From positions 1 to 26,539 of the IMG/VR virus record IMGVR_UViG_3300012346_000108: 26,539 nucleotides of DNA; one strand, written 5' to 3'. Under the pieces are notes generated by a model that was not told the DNA's origin, did no database searches, and saw nothing but the letters and a program-made list of their open reading frames with translations. How positions within the stretch are numbered: the stretch's first letter is position 1; the number at the start of each line of letters is the position of its first letter. Made by a program: the position numbers and the translations under genes. The stretch comes from a virus (taxonomy: Duplodnaviria; Caudoviricetes). Positions 1 through 8,000 of this stretch are shown in pieces.

Positions 1-2
1 TA

Positions 3-230
3 ATCCCTGCTGGCGAAGCTTACATGCTACCACAAGGTACTGCTGACATGTTCAAGACTTACTTTAGCCCTGCGAATAAATTTTCCCATGTCAACACAAT
101 TGGTGAACAAGCATACGTCTTCACCTATCGTGATCCAAAAGACAGCGAAATTCAGATTCAATCAGAAGCAAACTTTTTGAACTTAATCCGTAGACCCCAA
201 GCTGTTATTCAACTAACAACTTCTAACTAA
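3..230 (+). CDS. Major capsid protein, C-terminal fragment (5' truncated by window edge)
   Basis: Frame is open to the window edge (IPAGEAYMLPQGT...). The tail IQIQSEANFLNLIRRPQAVIQLT resembles the C-terminus of lambda gpE-type capsid proteins. It is followed by a terminator hairpin and head-tail genes. Confidence 0.8.
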   Translation: MPAGEAYMLPQGTADMFKTYFSPANKFSHVNTIGEQAYVFTYRDPKDSEIQIQSEANFLNLIRRPQAVIQLTTSN

Positions 231-233
231 TGA

Positions 234-262
234 TTGCCCTTCGGGGCTTTCTATGTTATAAT
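234..262 (+). promoter_or_regulatory. Sigma70-like promoter overlapping the terminator
   Basis: TTGCCC (234-239), 17 bp spacer, TATAAT (257-262), with extended -10 TG at 254-255. Confidence 0.6.
236..252 (+). terminator. Short intrinsic terminator after capsid gene
   Basis: GCCC-TTCG-GGGC followed by TTTCT, just after the stop codon. The stem is only 4 bp, so probably leaky. Confidence 0.6.
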
Positions 263-344
263 TAGATACCTCTTAACGGAGGTGTCTAACAGAAAGTAAT
301 TATCTAACATTGTTTGTGTTATAAAGTTATTTTCTGTTAGATAA

Positions 345-420
345 AATTAGCTAGGCTGATCCCCGAAAAGAACTACTATCCACAGTTCCTGCTAATTGTC
401 TTTAAGTGGAATTTCGGGAG
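345..420 (+). ncRNA. Candidate structured cis-regulatory leader RNA upstream of HNH gene
   Basis: AATTAGC (345-351) pairs with GCTAATT (391-397) and GAACT (370-374) with AGTTC (384-388). Loop TCCAC (379-383) is complementary to GTGGA (406-410), and CCCGAAA (362-368) to TTTCGGG (412-418), which overlaps the SD GGAG (417-420). Confidence 0.55.
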
Positions 421-425
421 AAATC

Positions 426-1025
426 ATGTATAAAACATGTAGTAATTGTAAAGAATCAAAAGATGAATCTTATTTTGCAAAACATAGTAGACGCAAAGAT
501 GGTTTACATAATGAATGTAAATCGTGTGTTTCTGTTCGCGATAAACTCAGAAGAAAACTTCACAAAGAAGACTTGCAGTTGAAGGCTAAAGAGTATTATG
601 TTAAAAATAAAGAAACTACTTTGATTAAGAGAAAGAAATACAGAGAAGATAATGTTGAGAAGATATCCTCCTATCTTAAACAATATGCAGTTGAAAATAA
701 AGAAAAACTTACAAAGTATATTAGTGAATATGTAAAATTACATAGACAAAACAATAAACACTTGTATGCAGCTAAGGACGCCAAACGCCGCGCAGCAAAA
801 CTAAAAGCTTTACCGAAATGGTTAACTTCAGAACAACTTGAGCAAATAAAAGACTTTTATACTTGTGCTCAAATGTTCAAACTATATACGGGTCAAGAAT
901 ATCACGTTGACCACATAATACCTCTTCAGGGTGAAAACGTTTGTGGTTTACACGTTCCGTGGAACCTACAAGTTATTCCTGCAAAAGAAAATCTAAGTAA
1001 ATCAAATAAATTACAGGAACAATAA
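426..1025 (+). CDS. Free-standing HNH homing endonuclease with N-terminal Zn finger
   Basis: CxxC...CxxC N-terminus and C-terminal YHVDHIIPLQGENVCGLHVPWNLQVIPAKENLSK HNH motif. Start moved from the track TTG at 396 to ATG 426, which follows GGAG. Confidence 0.9.
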   Translation: MYKTCSNCKESKDESYFAKHSRRKDGLHNECKSCVSVRDKLRRKLHKEDLQLKAKEYYVKNKETTLIKRKKYREDNVEKISSYLKQYAVENKEKLTKYISEYVKLHRQNNKHLYAAKDAKRRAAKLKALPKWLTSEQLEQIKDFYTCAQMFKLYTGQEYHVDHIIPLQGENVCGLHVPWNLQVIPAKENLSKSNKLQEQ

Positions 1026-1433
1026 ATGGCTACAATTCAAGACCTTCGATATGAATTAGGTGATACATCTGCCGAATGGCCTATCATGAGTGATGCTGAG
1101 TATCAATACTTTTTAACCAAGAATTCTAATGCTTTGCAAAGATCAGCTATGGATGCCGCTAAGAGTATCATGCTGAAGCTTTCAATGCGCACTGATGAAA
1201 CAGTAGATATCTTTAGTATTAAAGGTGCTTCTGCTGCTAAGAACTACATGCAAGCATTGCAGATGTATATTAAGAATCCTGATCTCAATACAATGTATGA
1301 CAAGATTCAAGGTTACGCTGGTGGTATCTCCAAGTCAGATATGCAAGCCAACGATGCTAACTTAGATAATAACATTGTTAACCAACCTACAGATTTACAA
1401 TTTATTGTTCGTCCTAGTACATTTGGTATTTAA
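1026..1433 (+). CDS. Probable head-tail adaptor
   Basis: LRYELGDT...SDAEYQYFL N-terminal pattern typical of adaptor proteins; position after capsid gene. Confidence 0.65.
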   Translation: MATIQDLRYELGDTSAEWPIMSDAEYQYFLTKNSNALQRSAMDAAKSIMLKLSMRTDETVDIFSIKGASAAKNYMQALQMYIKNPDLNTMYDKIQGYAGGISKSDMQANDANLDNNIVNQPTDLQFIVRPSTFGI

Positions 1434-1446
1434 CTAAAGGAACGCT

Positions 1447-1803
1447 ATGGACAGATATTTAGCGATTACTTCAAGAGCTATCAGTGAACACGGTAAGAAT
1501 TGTACTTATACAATAGTTACTGAAGGTACTTATAATATTGAAACTGGTAGCACAACTAATACTGAAACAGCACATACTGTAAGAATGTATAAAAAGCACA
1601 TTAGAGCTAGTCAGTATAATTTTCCAAATATGATCGGCAGAGATTCTGCACTGTTTTATTTAGCTAATAATAACTTGAGTTTTGTACCTGCACCTAAAGA
1701 TAAGATTACAATTGATGCAGTTACTTATACAGTAGATTCTGTAACTGAACATGCTGCCGATGGTCTTGTGATTTTATACAAGATTCTAACTGTCAAAGGT
1801 TAA
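1447..1803 (+). CDS. Probable head closure / head-tail joining protein
   Basis: 118 aa, beta-rich, with GTYNIETG and PKDKITID..TYTVDSV patterns; AAGGA SD; synteny. Confidence 0.65.
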   Translation: MDRYLAITSRAISEHGKNCTYTIVTEGTYNIETGSTTNTETAHTVRMYKKHIRASQYNFPNMIGRDSALFYLANNNLSFVPAPKDKITIDAVTYTVDSVTEHAADGLVILYKILTVKG

Positions 1804-1805
1804 TC

Positions 1806-2330
1806 ATGCGAGTTACATGCGATACTTCAAAACTAGAACAAAGCTTAAAGAAGTTCCATGAAGAAGCTGTTCGTAAGATGGAAGGTATGGTACAAATCTT
1901 TGCTTATAAAGTAACGGTTGAAGCTATTGATAATACACCATATGGTGATGATGTAAATAATTTTAAATACTATAATCTAAGAAGTCGATTAAAATGGTTC
2001 TTACCATATCAAGGTTCTGCTAAAGGTGGTTGGACAATGACTATGAATTCTCCATCAAGGATACTTGTACCTGAAAGAGCAAATTCAGTTGACGCTATTA
2101 ATATCAAGGAAAATGCTGATATTGCCTCTGTAACATATAAACTTGGTGATGTTGTATACATTGTGAACAGTGTACCATATATGAATACACCGGGATTTAC
2201 ACAACCACCATTTGATTCTTTAGAGAATGGTTATTCTGCACAAGCACCTTATGGTGTTATGGAACCCACATTACATGCTATCTATGGTATCTACAGGTCT
2301 GAATTAAACGAATATTATGAGGCAAGTTAA
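1806..2330 (+). CDS. Probable tail completion / neck protein (HK97 gp10-like)
   Basis: TP...G..KGGW and N.VPY...LENGYSAQAPYG motifs; synteny. Confidence 0.7.
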   Translation: MRVTCDTSKLEQSLKKFHEEAVRKMEGMVQIFAYKVTVEAIDNTPYGDDVNNFKYYNLRSRLKWFLPYQGSAKGGWTMTMNSPSRILVPERANSVDAINIKENADIASVTYKLGDVVYIVNSVPYMNTPGFTQPPFDSLENGYSAQAPYGVMEPTLHAIYGIYRSELNEYYEAS

Positions 2331-2737
2331 TGGCAATTATAGAAATTAAAAGAGCAGCCGAAAGAAAACTAAATGCATTAACTCCTGCAGTAACTACAGC
2401 ATGGGAAGGTGTTAGTTTTGATCCACCGAATGGTATTTACCAAAGAGTACAATTTACTATTCAATCTCCAGATGATCCTGTACTCGGTACTGGCTTTCAT
2501 AGAGAAAGAGTAACAATGCAGGTATTCGTAGTCGGTGCTGCAAACAAAGGAACTTCCGAAGTTATAAATCGAGCCGAATTGATTCGTAATCATTTTGCAA
2601 AAGGTTTAGTATTACAAGAAGGTAATGTAAAGATTCATGTATTGAGAACACCACAAATTGCTGGTAATACTATTGTATCTGAAAGAGTAATCTGTCCTGT
2701 TCTAATTGAATTAGTAGCAGAAGTTTATTCTTATTAA
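2330..2737 (+). CDS. Probable tail terminator protein
   Basis: AWEGVSFDPP and QVFVVGAANKGT...AELIRNHFAKG motifs; directly upstream of the tail tube gene; TAATG overlap. Confidence 0.7.
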   Translation: MAIIEIKRAAERKLNALTPAVTTAWEGVSFDPPNGIYQRVQFTIQSPDDPVLGTGFHRERVTMQVFVVGAANKGTSEVINRAELIRNHFAKGLVLQEGNVKIHVLRTPQIAGNTIVSERVICPVLIELVAEVYSY

Positions 2738-2801
2738 TCATGGTTGCTGAACCTAAATCAGTACATTTGCAAATGTTGATAATTTAAATTAAGGAAATAA
2801 T

Positions 2802-4007
2802 ATGACAATTTCTAAAGGTACGGCTAAACAAGTCGGATACAAAAAAGAAACTACTTGGGGTGTTCTAGCTGGTAATACATCAGGCAAACTACTTCGCCGT
2901 GTAACTGCTAGTTTTAACTTAACAAAAGAGACTTATGAGTCCGGTGAGATTCGTACTGATCGTCAAGTATCAGATTTCCGTCATGGTGTACGTTCCGCCG
3001 ATGGTAGTCTAAACGGTGAACTCTCTCCTGCATCTTATGCTGATTTCATGGGTTCAGTAGTTGGTAAAGATTTTACCGCCATTACACTTGGTTCTGCTGT
3101 AAGTTGTACAGTAACTGTAGTTGGTACGGTTTACACCATTGTTCGTTCTACTGGTTCATGGTTGACAGACGGTGTTAAAGTTGGTATGGTTGTTCGTGCA
3201 TCTGGTTTAACAGCAACTGCTGATAACTCACGTAACCTTTTAGTAGCTAGTATTTCTGCTACTAACCTAGTTGTAGTTCCAATGAACGGTGTTGCTTTGA
3301 CAGCACAAGCAACTGGTACAAGCGTAACTCTTACTGCTCCCGGTAAGCAAACTTATGTACCAACAACAGGTCATACTGATGATTCATATACTGTTGAAGA
3401 ATGGTACTCTGATATTGCTCAATCTGAAGTTTTCACTGGTATGAAAGTGAACAGTATCGCTGTGCAACTTCCTGCTACTGGTTTGAGTACTCTAGACATT
3501 GGTTTTGCTGGTAAAGACCTAGCACAAACAGGTACAAGCCAATACTTCACATCTCCTACAGCTCAAACAACAAACGGTATTTTTGCTGCTGTTAATGGTG
3601 TTGTGCTTGTTGGTGGTGCTCCAGTAGCTTTGATCACTTCTGCAGATTTTACTATCGAACGAGCAACTGAGAACGCTACTGCTGTTGGTTCTAATTCAAT
3701 TGCTGATGTTTTCAGTGGTCGTATTCGTGTTACTGGTAATTTGAGCGTTTACTTCCAAGATGCTACTTTCCGTGGTTACTTTGATACTGAAACTCCTGTA
3801 TCAATCGTTCTAGCTTTGAACTCAGATTCATCTGCTACATCTGGTTTCGTGACATTCACATTGCCTAAAGTTAAACTAGGTAGTTTCTCTAAAGATGATG
3901 GCGAACTAGGTATTGTTGCTTCCACAAGCTTCCAAGCTCTATTAAATGATGTAACTACTGCAGGTCTACCTGCTACTACAATTCAAATTCAAGATTCAGC
4001 AGCTTAA
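2802..4007 (+). CDS. Major tail (tube) protein
   Basis: KETTWG...ESGEIRTDRQVSDFRHG N-terminus typical of siphovirus tube proteins; strong AAGGA SD; terminator follows. Confidence 0.85.
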   Translation: MTISKGTAKQVGYKKETTWGVLAGNTSGKLLRRVTASFNLTKETYESGEIRTDRQVSDFRHGVRSADGSLNGELSPASYADFMGSVVGKDFTAITLGSAVSCTVTVVGTVYTIVRSTGSWLTDGVKVGMVVRASGLTATADNSRNLLVASISATNLVVVPMNGVALTAQATGTSVTLTAPGKQTYVPTTGHTDDSYTVEEWYSDIAQSEVFTGMKVNSIAVQLPATGLSTLDIGFAGKDLAQTGTSQYFTSPTAQTTNGIFAAVNGVVLVGGAPVALITSADFTIERATENATAVGSNSIADVFSGRIRVTGNLSVYFQDATFRGYFDTETPVSIVLALNSDSSATSGFVTFTLPKVKLGSFSKDDGELGIVASTSFQALLNDVTTAGLPATTIQIQDSAA

Positions 4008-4032
4008 TTGCTAACGAAATAACTTGAGATAC

Positions 4033-4068
4033 AACCCTTCGGTCAAAAGCCGAGGGGTTTTTTCTTTT
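4033..4068 (+). terminator. Intrinsic terminator after tail tube gene
   Basis: AACCCTTCGGT-CAAAA-GCCGAGGGGTT stem followed by a T-rich run. Confidence 0.85.
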
Positions 4069-4075
4069 GCACCTC

Positions 4076-4104
4076 TTGATTTATCTGAAAAATTATGCTA
4101 TAAT
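4076..4104 (+). promoter_or_regulatory. Sigma70-like promoter (TTGATT class)
   Basis: TTGATT, 17 bp, TATAAT, with extended -10 TG at 4096-4097. Confidence 0.8.
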
Positions 4105-4136
4105 CACTACTTGATTAACAATAATGAAAGGACATT

Positions 4137-4550
4137 ATGACATTCGATTTAGCAAAACACAACTACACTGAAATCGCAGAAGCTGGTTATGAGTTTGAAC
4201 TTAAGCTTCCCGGTACAGGTGAAGGTACAGGTGTGTTTATTACAGTACGTGGTGATCAATCTAAAACAGTAAAAGCATTTGGTCGTAAAAAGTACAGTGA
4301 ATTTAAACTACGTGAACAACAAGCCAAACGCAGAGGTAAAGATGCTGAAGATATGACGCTTGAAGAAGCTGAAGAACTCAGTATTGAATCAGCAATTGTA
4401 CGAGTTATTGGTTGGAAGAATATTACTGAAAATGGTAAAGATGTAGCTTTTACAAAAGAAAATGCAGAACGTATTTTTAAAGAGTACTCATGGATTAAAG
4501 ATCAGGTTATGGAGGAAGCAGGTCAACTGTTAAACTTTCGATCCGAATGA
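4137..4550 (+). CDS. Tail assembly chaperone (gpG-like)
   Basis: Lies between tube and tape measure; acidic and helical; ends ...LLNFRSE at a probable shift site. Confidence 0.85.
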   Translation: MTFDLAKHNYTEIAEAGYEFELKLPGTGEGTGVFITVRGDQSKTVKAFGRKKYSEFKLREQQAKRRGKDAEDMTLEEAEELSIESAIVRVIGWKNITENGKDVAFTKENAERIFKEYSWIKDQVMEEAGQLLNFRSE

Positions 4551-4929
4551 AATAGAAGACGCTGTAGCTTTTGCAAAACAAGAATTTGAACTTGGTAGAA
4601 AATCAGGTAATTCAGGAAGTCTTCGTGATCAGTTAAACTCAGTATGGAGACAAACTGGTATTAAACCAAAAGAATTGGAAGACTTAAAAGAATTACCTGA
4701 GAGTTGTCATCAGGTTTGGAAATGGTTTATTGATTTAAATAATTCAAGATCATCTAATGGTTTTGGAGTTAATCCAATATCATATTCAGATATCAAAGCT
4801 TATGTTGATTTAGCAAGTATTGATATTGAAGAATGGGAACTGCAATTAATTAAACAATTTGATAATGAAGCGTTAAATTCCTACGCAAAAGAAGCAGAGT
4901 TGGAGCGCAAGAAAGCCTCTAAAAAATAA
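4534..4929 (+). CDS. Tail assembly chaperone extension (gpT-like), probably reached by +1 frameshift
   Basis: The +1 frame is open from 4534 (after TAA 4531-4533) to 4929, overlapping the end of the upstream ORF, with no ATG start. It reads DPNEIEDAVAFAKQEF...LRDQLNSVWRQTGIKPKELEDL...RSSNGFGVNPISYSDI. Confidence 0.75.
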   Translation, partial: TFDPNEIEDAVAFAKQEFELGRKSGNSGSLRDQLNSVWRQTGIKPKELEDLKELPESCHQVWKWFIDLNNSRSSNGFGVNPISYSDIKAYVDLASIDIEEWELQLIKQFDNEALNSYAKEAELERKKASKK

Positions 4930-4934
4930 TAGTT

Positions 4935-4989
4935 GCCCTCTAACGAGGGCTTCTATATTTGTATATCTGCAGGGTATATAAATATAGAA
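4935..4989 (+). promoter_or_regulatory. Tandem hairpins upstream of tape measure gene
   Basis: GCCCTC-TAAC-GAGGGC (4935-4950), then TTCTATATTTGTATATC / GGTATATAAATATAGAA (4951-4967 / 4973-4989), whose mismatches are G-U on the + strand. Confidence 0.55.
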
Positions 4990-5014
4990 TTCCGTTATAA
5001 CAGGAGAAAGTGCT

Positions 5015-8000
5015 ATGGATTTAGCAGAATTAAAATTTGTCGTTTTAACAGACGATTTAGAAAAAGCAGCCACTAGAATTAAAGAGTTGGGTACAGAAGT
5101 ATCTAAACTCAATAAGCCAATGCAGGATTTAAGCAAAGAATCTGCAAAGAGTAATAAAGAGTTATCCAAGACTGAAGAAGCTGCTGCTAAAGCTGCACTT
5201 GCTCAACTTAAATTAGAACAAGCTCAAGCTAAGAGTGCAGAAGCTACTGGTAAATCTGCAAGCGTATTAGAACGTCAAAATCTTATTCTTGAGTACATGG
5301 CTCAGGGTAATTCAAAAGGTCAAGCTTCAATTCTGGCTACAGCTAAAGCTGCTGGTGCATTAGATGGAGACATGCTTGCGCTTAACCAGACATTAAAAAC
5401 ACAACGTACTCTAATCGGTGGTGATCCATTTGATAAAAGTATTGGTTTAATGCAAAAACTTCAAAACGAATATAAGACAACTCTTGAAGTTACTACGTTA
5501 TTTAACCGTAACTTAGGTTTGACTGAAAAGCAAATGATTGATCTTGCTCGTGAGAAACAACGTTTGATTGCATTATATGGTATTGAAGGTCGAGATATTA
5601 AAGAATTGGCTGGTGAATATGATGAATTAATTCGCAAGAGTGTTATGCTTAATCAAGCAAATGACACTCGTACTAACACTATGCGTCAGCAAGTTAAAAC
5701 ACAAAATGATGCAGCTAAAGCCGAACAATATATTGCTAACGAAATGGATCGTGTCAATAGATTAACAGAATCTAATGGTGCAATCACAAGTGGTACAAAT
5801 AGTAAATTGATGAAATTTGAAGCTGCTTTAAAGCAAACAGGAATGTCGGCTTCTGCTCAAACAGCAGCATTGGAAAAATATAAAGAAAGTTTGTTGTCTA
5901 TTCAAAAAGCCAGTGGTAATCGTCAAGTTGATTATCTCTCAAGAGCACTTGGTCCACAGATCACCGACATTGGTGTAGGTTTGGCTACTGGTCAATCACC
6001 AATGATGGTATTGTTACAACAAGGTGGTCAATTACGAGATCAATTCGCATTGGCGGGTATAGCTGGTAAAGATATGGGTGATATGCTTGTCAAATCTGCA
6101 GGTGGCATGGTTACAAGTATTAAAGACGTAAGTTTGGCTGTAGGTCAAGTATTCGTTAAATCAATCATGGGCGTAGGTACAGCCGTTGTAGATGGTATCA
6201 TATCTCCATTTAAGCGATTGTCAGAAGCTAGAGCAGCATTAAAACAATTAGATGAAGGTCTTATTTCTAATCTACGATATGCCCGACTAATGGAAGTTGC
6301 ATCTGGTAGAATGTATCAATCTCTTATCTCTTTTGGTAAGGTAGGTGCAACCGCTGCAGTAGCTGGACTTGTGATGTTAGGTAAAGGTTTGTATGATGTA
6401 ATTAAAGAACAAGATGCGATGACTGTGCAACTCGTATCAACAGGTGCTTCTTTAGGTGTTAATACAACTGCTGCAATATCTTATGCAAATTCATTGAATG
6501 ATATAGGTATCACAACTGGAAGTGCTTTAAAAGTCATGCAATCAATGGCGAAAGAAGGTGGGTTTGTTGCTGGTGAAATCAATATGATTGTAACATCTGC
6601 CAACAACTTAAAGTTAGCTGGTGTAGCAGTCGAAGATACTGTAAAGCAGTTTGCTAAACTAAAAGAAAAACCAGTTGAAGCTTTACTTGAAATTGCTAAA
6701 TCAACAGGTATGGTTTCTCCTGAGATAACTAAATTAGTTTATCAGTTAGTAGAGCAAGGTAAGACAAGTGAAGCTGCTGCAATTGCAATGAAAGCTTATG
6801 CGGATGTTACAGTTCAACAAAAAGATAGATTGAAAACTGAGCTTAGTGATTTTGCGTTATTCATGAAGAGTTTATCCTCAAATGTAGGTGAATTTTTTGA
6901 CGATGTATTTAGAGGTTTATGGAGAAAAACATCACCGTCTGAAGCTCTTAAAAGAGAAATTGCTGATCTTGAAAATACTATTAAGATGGGTACTGAGGCA
7001 TCTCCTGCTACCAGAGCTAAGAATGATGCAACGTTGATTGCTTTGAAAGAACAGTTGAAATTAACAAAACAAGCAAGTGATGCTGACCAAACTAGACTTT
7101 CAGACCAAGCTAGAAATGCTAGATTATATCAAGACTTCATAAAAGATAACACTGCTTTTGCTACTAATCAAATGAAGAGAGAGAAGGAACTTGCAGAAGC
7201 TAAAACACGTAATGATCAATTAATTGCTGCAGGTACAATCACAAAAGCACAAGCTGAAACACAATATCAAAATATTCGTGAAAAATATAAAGACCCTAAA
7301 CCTGAAACTGATAAATTTGCAAATGCTCTTGAAACAGCTAAAAAGTTTTATCAAGGTCAAGTTGGAGCTGTTGATGAATTAACAAAATCAGAAATAGCCT
7401 TAAACAAGGTTAGAGAAAGTAAGGAATATAAAGGTTTTACTGCTGATCAAAAGAAACAAATTGATGCACTTTATGAACAGGCTTCTGCTAATGAAAAGTT
7501 AGTTAAGTCTGAAAAAGATAAAGTTATTCAGATGGCAGCAATTGAAGGTTTAACAAGTAAAGCCAGTAATTTCGGTAAAGAATACTATACAACTTTAAAG
7601 CAACTTGATAATGCTTATGTTGATGGTAATATTTCTTTAGAAAAGTATATTGAGTTATTGAATTTACTTTATAAAACAACACCTGAAGCTAAAAGAAGAC
7701 TTAGTGTTGAAACTGAAAATGCAAAAATAATGGCAGGTCTCAATGTTGAGCGTACTGCTGTTGCTGATCAATATGGTGGTGATTTTAAAACATCAGATCA
7801 AAAAGCTGCAATTAAGAACTTATCTGATTACAGAAAGAAAATAGCAGACGCAGATGCTCAATATGCAAAACAACTTTCTGATGCTGGTAAGAATATTACT
7901 ACTGAAGAAACGGCAATGTACAAGGCACAGGCTGATGAAAAGAAAGCCTTAGCTGATGATGTTTATAAAAGAGAACAATATTTGCTTAGTGATGGTTATA

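Noticed and set aside
356-369. CTGAT...GAAA resembling a hammerhead ribozyme core
   Set aside because: The core requires CUGANGA, then stem II, then GAAA. Here it is CTGATCC with no room for stem II.
396-425. TTG start for the HNH ORF given in the track
   Set aside because: It lies inside the predicted RNA structure, whereas ATG 426 has a GGAG SD and directly precedes the Zn finger.
2378-2593. Minus-strand 71-aa ORF
   Set aside because: Antisense shadow of the tail terminator gene; no motif recognised.
4873-5169. Minus-strand 98-aa ORF
   Set aside because: Antisense to the chaperone and tape measure genes; no independent support.
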